In this document: positions 37,232 through 49,457 of the stretch, in pieces
Position numbering within the stretch: position 1 is the first letter of the stretch
How the letters are laid out: every line of letters begins with the position of its first letter
Source of the DNA: Octopus sinensis
Taxonomy: Eukaryota
Reading direction: 5' to 3'
Length of the DNA stretch: 64,000 bases
NCBI RefSeq assembly: GCF_006345805.1
Contig: NC_043000.1
Location: 141,670,001 to 141,734,000 of the forward strand
Notes under the pieces: model-generated
The model's input: only the letters and a program-made list of their open reading frames with translations
Databases searched by the model: none
What the model was told of the DNA's origin: nothing
Program-made: the position numbers and the translations under genes

Positions 37232-37530
37232 GTTAGTTAGTTAGTTAGCTAGTTAGTTAGTTAGTTAATTTTTTGGCTCAAAAAGCAAAGAGCAAGGCCA
37301 CGTAGGGGGTGTCGTTAGTAAGTTAGTTAGTTCATTTTTTGGCTCAAAAAGCAAAAAGCAAGGCCATGCAGGGGGACATGGAGTTATGTACAGGGTGGTG
37401 TTCATGTAAAGAGTTCAGGCCACTTGTGGTCAAGGGAGACTTTGAACCGAGCGGTCGTCGGCATCTTCACCATCTCGTCCGGCAGCTTATTCCACGGATC
37501 CGCAACCCGGATGGAGAAAGCCCCTCTCCT
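37232..37530 (-). mobile_element. CR1 LINE 3' end with (TAAC)n tail, plus a second short 3'-end copy
   Basis: Reverse complement gives RRGAFSIRVADPWNKLPDEMVKMPTTARFKVSLDHKWPELFT*. TTTTTTGGCTCAAAAAGCAAA.AGCAAGGCCA plus (TTAG)n occurs twice. Confidence 0.85.
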
Positions 37531-38047
37531 TCGATTACGTTTAACGGCACAATCACGGAAACGTTAAGAAAAATTCAGGAAATCATCAAGGCTGGTGCAA
37601 GCGAGTAGATTAGGTTCCATTGTCAATAATTATATGCCAAGTTCTTAACTTTTATTAGCCCTAAACAATCTTTATTTAGAATCAAATACGGGCGAAGTTG
37701 GCAAAGACTGACAGTTAAATCATTATTGATGAATCGCACCTGGATGATGAAACATAATTTTACGAGTGAGTGAAACATTAAGTAATGAATTATGAATTAT
37801 CCAATTATAAATATAAACTTTCTAATGCTACATGTGATTGAAAATTGAAACAAAAACATATATAACCACACACACACACACAAGACATTATAATGTTTCA
37901 TAAATACATGCATACATACTAACACAGATACTTCATATGTGCATAGATGTATATTTATGCATGTGTGCGTGTATGCGTATGCATCTATGTATATATGTAT
38001 ATGTGTGTGTATGTATATATGTATATCGATATATATATATGTGTCTT

Positions 38048-38083
<36 letters not shown>

Positions 38084-38158
38084 AATGTGTGTGTATGTAT
38101 ATATTCATATATATATATATGTATATAAATACATACATATATATACATACAAACACGC

Positions 38159-38205
<47 letters not shown>

Positions 38206-38864
38206 ATATATATTATATAGTGTAATCATTTAGAGAGGAAATTAAATAAAACTAATCAAGCTATAATCAAAGCACATTTAGGATACCCTGAGGCGTGATT
38301 TTACAATAAATTTCTAAACGTCTATAAAATACATTAACTAAGTTTAAATTATTTAAAATATTGTATTTATTTTGCCATCAAGCTTGTTTTCATGATTATT
38401 TTGTCGTTATTACTATCCATACCAACAGAAAGTCCTTTTGATATAGAAAACATTTTCTGGCATAGTTATGAGTTGTAAAACTTCGATAAAACAGCTGCAG
38501 GGTATAAATTTAATGTTTCAGTCTCTCATTAATAATCTGGTTGTTTACATAATCATCTTATTGAGAGAGTCATACTCAAGTTACTGTTTAGGTGAATACA
38601 TATATACGAAACGTCATTAATGAAAAAATAAATATACAGTTACGAAATTTGTATATTTTTTCATTATATTTACAGTAAAAGTATAAATATAAATTAGACA
38701 CGTGCATTGTGTTTTCAGGGACATTACTAAATTCATTGGGTGCTATTTAGTATTCAAATAAAATTTAAGTATTCTCTTTCTTTCTCGCTGGTAACTTACG
38801 GCTTTCTCTACGAAGCCGTAAATTTAAAAATTAGTATGATTTTCTTACACATGACGACGATGAC

Positions 38865-38895
<31 letters not shown>

Positions 38896-38904
38896 GTGTA
38901 TAAC

Positions 38905-39130
38905 AAGAGCAATAATCCTTTCTACTATAGGCACAATGCTGAACTCTTAGTGGATAGGGTTTGTCGATTTCTTCTACCCCAGTACACAGCAGGTACTTAT
39001 TTTATCGAACCCCGAAGAGATAAGAAAAGCAACGACGACGTCAGTGGTATTTGAACTCAGAGTGTAAAGACGAGCCAAATACTGTTAAGCATTTTAGCCG
39101 GTGCACAAACAATTTTGACAGCTCGCCATC

Positions 39131-39195
<65 letters not shown>

Positions 39196-39320
39196 CTCTT
39201 CTACTAAAGACAAAAGGACCTGAAATTTTCCGGCAGGGGACTAGTCGATTACATCGACCCCAGTGTTTCATAGGTATTTAATTCATCGATCTCGAAAGGA
39301 TGAAAGGTAAAGTCGACCTC
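38905..39320 (-). mobile_element. Two degraded fragments of the family-C SINE
   Basis: Reverse-complement matches to 55849-56082 (GAGGTCGACTTT.CCTTTCATCCTTTCG, CTGAGTTCAAAT). Confidence 0.7.
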
Positions 39321-39542
39321 GTGATCAGAGATGCTCGTGATCAAAGATGAACATATTGCCTGTCACTATGGGACATGCTCACCTGGTTAAGATTAAGCAA
39401 CTGACCAGCAAATCTGCAGTATTGAGCAGAATATTTTCTGAGACCCATCTTTTCCACCAACAAAAAACAATGTACATGATAACACTTCCAATCTGTTAAG
39501 TTCAAAAACCATGAGAGCCACTGCCTATTACTACATTACGGA

Positions 39543-39588
<46 letters not shown>

Positions 39589-40167
39589 GAGTGAGAGATC
39601 AGTGCATGCCATCAAAGTGACACTGGGGTAAACTATACGAAGCCCAGCATACCCATCATGACTACCCGTCTGATAAGGGTACACCAGGCACATGCATCAC
39701 AACCATATGTGCGCGACATGGTGATCTCATATCAAGATAAACAGCACATGACCTTGCAGGTGGGTCCCAGTTAGAAATTTCTTCAGGTCGAGTAGCCCAT
39801 CCCGCTCAAAAGGTCCCTGAATAAGGGTTGCTTTAGGATGTTGAACGAAACACCTATGTTTCCAGAGGTGAATTATTCAAACTCCAAAGAATCCCTCTCA
39901 ACACATGACTATGATGCTCTCCCACTACTTCTGCTCGTGATCAGAGATGCACATATCATCAGCCACTAAGGGACATGCTCAACTGGTTAAGGTCAAACAA
40001 CTGACAAGCAAATCTGTGGTATTGAGCAGAATATTTGCTGTAGCCCATCTTTTATACCAAGACAAAACAATGTACATGATAACACTTCCAATCAGTTAAG
40101 ATCAGAAGCCATGAGAGCCACTGCCTCAGAAGCCATGAGAGCCACTGCCTGGTACTGCATCAGGGCA

Positions 40168-40170
<3 letters not shown>
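39589..40170. mobile_element. ~550-bp (ATT)n-associated repeat, complete copy (partial copy at 39320-39545)
   Basis: Bounded on both sides by (ATT)n. Internal tandem duplication of TCAGAAGCCATGAGAGCCACTGCC. Confidence 0.92.
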
Positions 40171-40214
<44 letters not shown>

Positions 40215-40225
40215 TATTATTATTA

Positions 40226-40321
<96 letters not shown>

Positions 40322-41041
40322 TTGTTATTATTATTAATGCGTCGAGCGGGGGAGTTTGCATGGCTTGTTTGTCTAACAACACTTGCCTTCGTCCTTGTTA
40401 GTTTTTGACTTTATTTCGTTGCTAAAGTTAGTTTTCTGCTTTTTTTTTCTTTTTGCACACTGTGTGTCCGATCTTGTGCAGACAAGAGGGGTCCAGTCAA
40501 AAACTGTTCTTATCAGCCCTGAGGAGCAAATTTTCGGGAATAGATTTTTCTTTTCGAAAAGTTTCCTAAAATGTTTAATATGGTGGAGCTTTCTTCACCA
40601 AACTAGCAAGAGCGGGGGGTCGCAGTGTATTCCTGCACCCGCCAGTAAGCTACCCTATCTACGCCCCAAGACATAGAACGTGGTGGCAACAACGACAACA
40701 ACAGTGGCAGACAAATGAATGTAATATTCCTTTGCTCCCTACACCGCCATCACAAACTCGGAGGTGAATGAAGAAACAAAGAAAAACTGTGAAAACAGTA
40801 CCGTCTCCGACGGCACTATCATCATCAGCAGCAGCGGTCAACGACAAAATAATAAAAGAAAACAACGAAAGTTTAAGTCCAAAGAATACGAGATTCGCAG
40901 CAGCAACTCGAGAGACATAAGAAAATATTTTTGTTCAGGAAGTGCTGCTGGGTCCGTTAGTTTTCAACCACGTCACCATTGTTCGGGCACTTCCTCAGCA
41001 GAGTTATTACTCCTCGACTCATACAGCTGGGAATGTCCCTA

Positions 41042-41755
41042 GTTAGTTGACAGGTGCTCTACACGGCTGTCAAAACCGGAACAAACAAATCAGACATGTG
41101 TATATATAGCTCATAGGCAAGACCATCCAATCCTGACGATTTCCTTCCCAAACAGCGGCTCAGTACTTCTGCAATTTCCACCACTGAAACTGCCATGTCG
41201 CAACACACAATCTCCTTGTCTGACTTGCCCGGCACGCCATCGCGGTAGTCCTGAAAGCCCGTTGTGTCAAGTATATCAGTCCTGGGAAAGAGGTCGCTGA
41301 AATGCTGCTGAAATGTCGTGCAAATCTCTTTCAAATCGGCCGATATGGTCCGTCACAGACCGAATTCTAGGTTATTGCCGTGTTCTTTCTGAGCTCACAA
41401 CACTAGCTCGGACAATACAACCCTTGTGTTTCACGTCGAAGAAATGGTTTATGTGTCATCCTTATCGCTAGCATGTCATTTGCTTTCCTTTCGAGCTAGG
41501 GTGCCATGTTTATAGGTTCAGCTGCGTACCCACAAAACTTTTGGATTTAGGAGTTACATGTGGATTTTCACCCGCTCTCACTTTTTTTTCCTTTTGGCGG
41601 GGGATCGCTCGACGATCACCCCCTCGGGTGATTTTGTCTCGCCCGACGACCCTTCTTTATCCGAGGAGACAGCAAGATTTTCGTTGGCCATTTTCTATTT
41701 GTTTTTGTGCTATTCGTTGCAGATGCCGCTGCTTTCCTCTTTGGGATTGCAATGA
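41042..41755 (-). mobile_element. Inverted copy of the L1/Tx1 segment 33939-34660
   Basis: The reverse complement aligns end to end (TCATTGCAATCCCAAAGAGG ... AGAGCACCTGTCAAC). ORF EICTTFQQHFSDLF..KSSGLDGLAYELY. Confidence 0.88.
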
Positions 41756-42500
41756 CTATAAATATGTATTATTGATATTGGAAATGTGAAGAGACTTGCA
41801 TTTTGTGTTCTCAACCCGTTGAAAGTTGGCGATGACAGTGGAGTCAAATTTGTAGCTATTTGCACAGTAAAATAAATATATTAAATCTAACACTAATATC
41901 GAAAACGAAATGATATCAAAAGTACAAATGTGAAATAAACAGGTTATATGTGCAGTGATATGATGAAAATAACATAACACTAACTGCAATATAAATTACG
42001 AATTTATAGCTATAGGTAGAGTGATATGTGTTGATAGAAGGAGTGACATTGGTGAAGATAATGATTATTTTGTGATGATAATGATGATAATTTTGGGATG
42101 TTAATGACCCTTAGAAAACTCGCATAAAAATACGTTGCTTTTATATTATGCTCAAGGTCCATCCTAATGCGAGGGCGAATAAATATATTATAGAAATAAC
42201 GGTTTAGTAATGACTTGTTGTTAGTTGGTAACAATGACGAGAGAAAATGCATTTATAAAGAATATTTATATTCATAAAAAAAAAGAGAAAACGAAGCTGG
42301 AGACTTGGTGCTCCGTAGAATGAGATTCAGACGGCGGGCGAAATTAATAAAGTGCTATAAAAGAGGGGGAAAAAGAGCTCTTCAGTAGGTCAACCAGTAG
42401 GCCCCTATAAATGTCACATATAAAACCATATACAAGCACACATACTCTCACACACAAGCACCCATACATACACTCTTTGACTCATATATATATATACATA

Positions 42501-42540
<40 letters not shown>

Positions 42541-42569
42541 GAAGCACATACATGCATATATATATATAT

Positions 42570-45500
42570 ATGTGCTTCGTTGATGTTGATCAGTTAGCTG
42601 ATCGGCTTAAGCGAAGCAGGGTCGTTGTTTATTTATAGTATATTCAGGCCTGCTGATGATTACGTAAGTATGAAATCACTGTGATACAGGTCTATATATT
42701 TTTAAATGTCTTTCTTTGAAAAATTGCATTCGGTAGGATTAGTAATACTTTTGGTAGAAATGACTGATTGTCCCTCTTAGCGTATGGCTGTATGTATGTA
42801 GAATGCCTCCTGGCATGTATGTATAATGCCCTCTCTATATATAAATTAATATGTTCAATAAGAAATAATTATTTTCGAAATTTTTTCTCTTATGAGGTTT
42901 TTACGCTATCTACCTGACAATTTCTTGTTAAGTTTTCCTTATTAAGTAGTTGTCCTTAATTGCTAAATTTTTATTCCGAAAAAACTTTTCCTCTCCCGAA
43001 ATGCAATTCGTAAAAGTTTGCCATTCATCCGGATATAGTATATAAAATTCACCCATGTGCTTCGTTGATGTTGATCAGTTAGCTGATCGGCTTAAGCGAA
43101 GCAGGGTCGTTGTTTATTTATAGTATATTCAGGCCTGCTGATGATTACGTAAGTATGAAATCACTGTGATACAGGTCTATATATTTTTAAATGTCTTTCT
43201 TTGAAAATTGCATTCGGTAGGATTAGTAATATTTTTGGTAGAAATGACTGATTGTCCCTCTTAGCGTATGGCGTGTATGTAGAATGCCTCCTGGCATGTA
43301 TGTATAATGCCCTCTCTATATATAAATTAATATGTTCAATAAGAAATAATTATTTTCGAAATTTTTTCTCTTATGAGGTTTTTACGCTATCTACCTGACA
43401 ATTTCTTGTTAAGTTTTCCTTATTAAGTAGTTGTCCTTAATTGCTAAATTTTTATTCCGAAAAAACTTTTCCTCTCCCGAAATGCAATTCGTAAAAGTTT
43501 GCCATTCATCCGGATATAGTATATATAAATTCACCCATGTGCTTCGTTGATGTTGATCAGTTAGCTGATCGGCTTAAGCGAAGCAGGGTCGTTGTTTATT
43601 TATAGTATATTCAGGCCTGCTGATGATTACGTAAGTATGAAATCACTGTGATACAGGTCTATATATTTTTAAATGTCTTTCTTTGAAAAATTGCATTCGG
43701 TAGGATTAGTAATATTTTTGGTAGAAATGACTGATTGTCCCTCTTAGCGTATGGCGTGTATGTAGAATGCCTCCTGGCATGTATGTATAATGCCCTCTCT
43801 ATATATAAATTAATATGTTCAATAAGAAATAATTATTTTCGAAATTTTTTCTCTTATGAGGTTTTTACGCTATCTACCTGACAATTTCTTGTTAAGTTTT
43901 CCTTATTAAGTAGTTGTCCTTAATTGCTAAATTTTTATTCCGAAAAAACTTTTCCTCTCCCGAAATGCAATTCGTAAAAGTTTGCCATTCATCCGGATAT
44001 AGTATATATAAATTCACCCATGTGCTTCGTTGATTTGATCAGTTAGCTGATCGGCTTAAGCGAAGCAGGGTCGTTGTTTATTTATAGTATATTCAGGCCT
44101 GCTGATGATTACGTAAGTATGAAATCACTGTGATACAGGTCATATATTTTTAAATGTCTTTCTTTGAAAAATTGCATTCGGTAGGATTAGTATATTTTTG
44201 GTAGAAATGACTGATTGTCCCTCTTAGCGTATGGCGTGTATGTAGAATGCCTCCTGGCATGTATGTATAATGCCCTCTCTATATATAATTAATATGTTCA
44301 ATAAGAAATAATTATTTTCGAAATTTTTTCTCTTATGAGGTTTTTACGCTATCTACCTGACAATTTCTTGTTAAGTTTTCCTTATTAAGTAGTTTCCTTA
44401 ATTGCTAAATTTTTATTCCGAAAAACTTTTCCTCTCCCGAAATGCAATTCGTAAAAGTTTGCCATTCATCCGATATAGTATATATAAATTCACCCATGTG
44501 CTTCGTTGATGTTGATCAGTTAGCTGATCGGCTTAAGCGAAGCAGGGTCGTTGTTTATTTATAGTATATTCAGGCCTGCTGATGATTACGTAAGTATGAA
44601 ATCACTGTGATACAGGTCTATATATTTTTAAATGTCTTTCTTTGAAAAATTGCATTCGGTAGGATTAGTAATATTTTTGGTAGAAATGACTGATTGTCCC
44701 TCTTAGCGTATGGCGTGTATGTAGAATGCCTCCTGGCATGTATGTATAATGCCCTCTCTATATATAAATTAATATGTTCAATAAGAAATAATTATTTTCG
44801 AATTTTTTCTCTTATGAGGTTTTTACGCTATCTACCTGACAATTTCTTGTTAAGTTTTCCTTATTAAGTAGTTGTCCTTAATTGCTAAATTTTTATTCCG
44901 AAAAAACTTTTCCTCTCCCGAAATGCAATTCGTAAAAGTTTGCCATTCATCCGGATATAGTATATATAAATTCACCCATTGCTTCGTTGATGTTGATCAG
45001 TTAGCTGATCGGCTTAAGCGAAGCAGGGTCGTTGTTTATATTATAGTATATTCAGGCCCTGATGATTACGTAAGTATAATGTGATACCTGATAGGTCTAT
45101 ATTTTTTAAAATGTCTTTCTTTGAAAAGGCATTCGGTAGGATTAGTAATATTTTTGGTAGAAATGACTGATTGTCCCTCTTAGCGTATGGCGTGTATGTA
45201 GAATGCCTCCTGGCATGTATGTATAATGCCCTCTCTCTATATATAATTAATATGTTCAATAAGAAATAATATTTTCGAAATTTTTTCTCTTATGAGGTTT
45301 TTACGCTATCTACCTGACAATTTCTTGTTAAGTTTTCCTTATTAAGTAGTTGTCCTTAATTGCTAAATTTTTATTCCGAAAAAACTTTTCCTCTCCCGAA
45401 ATGCAATTCGTAAAAGTTTGCCATTCATCCGGATATAGTATATATAAATTCACCCATGTGCTTCGTTGATGTGATCAGTTAGCTGATCGGCTTAAGCGAA

Positions 45501-46210
45501 GCAGGGTCGTTGTTTATTTATAGTATATTCAGGCCTGCTGATGATTACGTAAGTATGAAATCACTGTGATACAGGTCTATATATTTTTAAATGTCTTTCT
45601 TTGAAAAATTGCATTCGGTAGGATTAGTAATATTTTTGGTAGAAATGACTGATTGTCCCTCTTAGCGTATGGCGTGTATGTAGAATGCCTCCTGGCATGT
45701 ATGTATAATGCCCTCTCTATATATAAATTAATATGTTCAATAAGAAATAATATTTTCGAAATTTTTTCTCTTATGAGGTTTTTACGCTATCTACCTGACA
45801 ATTTCTTGTTAAGTTTTCCTTATTAAGTAGTTGTCCTTAATTGCTAAATTTTTATTCCGAAAAAACTTTTCCTCTCCCGAAATGCAATTCGTAAAAGTTT
45901 GCCATTCATCCGGATATAGTATATATAAATTCACCCATGTGCTTCGTTGATGTTGATCAGTTAGCTGATCGGCTTAAGCGAAGCAGGGTCGTTGTTTATT
46001 TATAGTATATTCAGGCCTGCTGATGATTACGTAAGTATGAAATCACTGTGATACAGGTCTATATATTTTTAAATGTCTTTCTTTGAAAAATTGCATTCGG
46101 TAGGATTAGTAATATTTTTGGTAGAAATGACTGATTGTCCCTCTTAGCGTATGGCGTGTATGTAGAATGCCTCCTGGCATGTATGTATAATGCCCTCTCT
46201 ATATATAAAT
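42570..46210 (+). repeat. Tandem array of ~482-bp hammerhead-containing units (retrozyme-like satellite), 7 full units plus ~270 bp, inserted in (TA)n
   Basis: Units start (ATGTGCTTCGTTGA) at 42570, 43055, 43537, 44020, 44496, 44978, 45456 and 45937 and are nearly identical. Confidence 0.97.
42646..42693 (+). ncRNA. Type I hammerhead ribozyme (repeated at 43131, 43613, 44095, 44572, 45531, 46013; disrupted at 45054)
   Basis: AGGCCTG-CTGATGA-t-TAC(gtaa)GTA-t-GAAA-TCA(ctg)TGA-TA-CAGGTCT: 7-bp stem I, GNRA-capped stem II, stem III ATCACTGTGAT. Predicted cleavage after 42686. Confidence 0.88.
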
Positions 46211-46553
46211 ATATATATATATGTATATATATATATAAATACATACAAGCACATACACACACACACATTTATATATATTGCTGATATATAAGAAAAGACA
46301 ATATTGCCGTTAGTAGTGTCAGAAATAATAATTGGTTGGTTGCAATCCACAAAATATAGATTAGTTGCAGAGAGGTGGCTCAAAATAGGAAATACTGCTT
46401 ATGTCTAATCTTCTTAGTCCTTTTCATAAGGATCTTCTGAAAGCAAGTATGTTTTAATGCTTTAATTTAATTTCTGTAAAAAATATGTTTCATGCTTGTG
46501 TTACATGTGTGTTTGTATGAACTAAATATATATATATATATATATATATATAG

Positions 46554-46582
<29 letters not shown>

Positions 46583-46584
<2 letters not shown>

Positions 46585-47428
46585 GGGTGCGATGGATAAA
46601 TTTGCACCCTTTTATACTTTTAATTTCACGCATGCGCATTGTTTGATTCGCATTTTGATGACTACACAGTATAGTAGGGTCAGTTGGGCACTCTTTGTGA
46701 GAAAAAAATACAGCACCATGACGCAATTCATTCTGCCAGAAATTCGGAAGCGACATGCTGTACTTCTGGGCATTCGCGCCGGAAGTTCCACTACGAATAT
46801 TTCAGAGTGTTTAGGTGTCAATCTGAGGATAGTGTAGATGATTCGGAAAGAGTTGGATGAGTTTAATGGCGATCACGAATGTGTTTCTAGCGATCACTAG
46901 TGATGGCTAAGTTATGCCTCTATCTATCTTCCCACACGGTTTCAGATTCAACACGGAGGCCAACAGGAAATCCCTGGATGGCTACTGGAAGACTCTATGT
47001 CTGGCAAGAGGACTCTGCACCATGTCACACAAGCAGGAGAATACAGTCATGGCTGTCAGACAATTTCTGCCACCACATCAACCTTAATATCTAACACCCC
47101 CTAGACTGCAACCACTTGAATTTTACGTGCGGGGCGCAGTCGAGCGAGAGACCAACAAAAGTCCTTGTAATACCAAAGATGACCTGAAGGCCAAGATTTT
47201 AGCAGCTTTCACCAACATAAACAAGGAGACCGTGCAGAGAAGTTGCAGGAGATTCCAAAGTCGTCAGGAGGCTGTGGTTGAAGCCAATGGAGATTTTACT
47301 GAATAAGCTTACTCTTTACTATTTCAAGATATTTTTATGTAATTTTGGTAAATATATCTGATAAAAAGAGATGTCAATGTTATTTTCATTATCGCATAAT
47401 ATAGACGACAGTTGTTCACACCTTCCTG
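46583..47428 (+). mobile_element. Internally deleted Tc1/mariner-superfamily element (maT-like), TA-flanked
   Basis: Ends are TA|CAGGGTG... and ...CCTG|TA. HTH fragment RHAVLLGIRAGSSTTNISECLGVNLRIV. Catalytic-region fragment VWQEDSAPCHTSRRIQSWLSDNF. C-terminus DDLKAKI..ETVQRSCRRFQSR.EAVVEANG. Confidence 0.8.
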
Positions 47429-47555
47429 TATATATATATATCATGGGATCACAGGACCGACCAGACCATTAGATGTTGTTACACATCGCTGGTCACAATG
47501 CGTTCGCATTGTTTTAAGCCTTGAAATGACGCCACCCCGCTGGCTAAGCGAGCAG

Positions 47556-47620
<65 letters not shown>

Positions 47621-47666
47621 ATATATATATTGTGTGTGTGTGTGTGTGTGATTGGAAGAAAGCAGC

Positions 47667-47710
<44 letters not shown>

Positions 47711-47747
47711 TAATATATTTATATATATGTATATATATAATATGTAT

Positions 47748-48285
47748 ATGTTTTTCGATCTAATTTGGATTCTTTAGCAATCAAAACTGAATTTTTCAAT
47801 TGGTGCTCAAGCCTTGAAGGAAAAAAGAGAGTTAAGCTACATCAGCCGTAAAGGAATACATATCTAACTTATCTAACTCGTCCAGTAGAGCCCAGCAATT
47901 GATATCTGAATAGTTCGATGAAATAACTCATGAACACTGCGATAGCTTCTACCAAAAGATGCTTCGTTATGTCGACCGGTCTGAACAAGGGAAGATTATA
48001 GAAAAGAATAATTCATTTATTATCTCCCCTTGTTTAAACCAGTCGCCATAACGGAGCATCTTTTGGTAGAAGCTATCGCACTCTTCATGAGTAATTTCAT
48101 CGAACTTTTCAGATATCAATTGGTGGGCTCTACTGGACGAGTTAGATGAGATAGACATGTATTCCCTTCCAGCTGATGTAGTTTAACTCTTTTTTTTTCA
48201 AGGCTTGAGCACCAATTGAAAAATTCAAATTTGATTGCAAAGAATTGAAATTTGATGGCAAAGCTTCCAACTAGATCGAAAAACA

Positions 48286-48286
<1 letters not shown>
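47748..48286. repeat. Fold-back element: ~250-bp imperfect inverted arms with a short spacer, flanked by (TA)n
   Basis: ATGTTTTTCGATCTA...GCGATAGCTTCTACCAAAAGATGCT..AACAAGGG is mirrored by CCCTTGTT..AGCATCTTTTGGTAGAAGCTATCGC...TAGATCGAAAAACAT. Confidence 0.92.
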
Positions 48287-48338
<52 letters not shown>

Positions 48339-48341
<3 letters not shown>

Positions 48342-49457
48342 GTATGTAGAAAAATACAACATGGACAAGAACGTATAACTCATAGAAGACGATACAATAA
48401 CATGGACAGGACATTCGAACCCCTCAGTCTTCAGTCAAGAACCGGATCATCGTAGTAATTTCGGCTGATTAATCTTGAGATTACTAGATCACGGCCAGCC
48501 CTCCAAGAAAAACTAAGCTGGAAGCGTAGATTTCCTGGAAGAAGGATCGAATGCATACGAACACCAGGACAGCAAAAGGGACAGATATAGAAAAAAAAAA
48601 AACAATAATGGAATACAGAAACATGAAATACGAAAGCATTAACGGTGAGAACAACAAGTGTCTTACGACTGATAACAAGCAAACAAATTTTTTCTCTGGC
48701 GCATTGGAAAAAGCCTTTATAGCGGCGGACGAAGAACAACGATGTTAACACGACGAGGGTCAGGAGCTGAAAGGCAGATTTCGGCCAACAGTCACGTGAC
48801 AGAGAAGAGAGAGAGAGAAAGGGGGACAAAACGCAAAAAGAGAGAGAAGAGAGAGAAAGAAGAATCAGAGAGGAGAAGGGATGGGTGTCGAAGAATGACC
48901 TGTGAGTGCAGAGCGAGACAAAGAAATAGGAGGGTAGTGGAAGACTAGACCAAAGGATCAGAGGAAAGAGAAGATGAATAGAGAGAAAGTAAAAAATGAG
49001 AGAGAGAGAGAGACAAACAGAGAGTCGTACCAATTATTAAGAATATGTGTTCACATTAATGATAAAGGGGTACGGGGCGCCTGGAATATATGTTAAGGTA
49101 TGTAGAAAAATACAACATGGACAAGAACGTATAACTCATAGAAGACTCATAAACATGGACAGGACATTCGAACCCCTCAGTCTTCAGTCAAGAACCGGAT
49201 CATCGTAGTAATTTCGGCTGATTAATCTTGAGATTACTAGATCACGGCCAGCCCTCCAAGAAAAACTAAGCTGGAAGCGTAGATTTCCTGGAAGAAGGAT
49301 CGAATGCATACGAACACCAGACAGCAAAAGGGACAGATATAGAAAAAACAAAAAAAACAATAATGGAATACAGAAACATGAAATACAGAAGCATTAACGG
49401 TGAGAACAACAAGTGTCTTACGACTGATAACAAGCAAACAAATTTTTTCTCTGGCGC

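Noticed and set aside
42570-46210. CRISPR array or rDNA interpretation of the tandem repeat
   Set aside because: Units are ~482 bp, identical throughout with no unique spacers, and show no rRNA motifs; the context is eukaryotic.
48431-49033. 200-aa Leu/Ser/Phe-rich ORF
   Set aside because: It arises from the CT-rich strand of the AG-rich interior of a non-coding repeat and is low in complexity.
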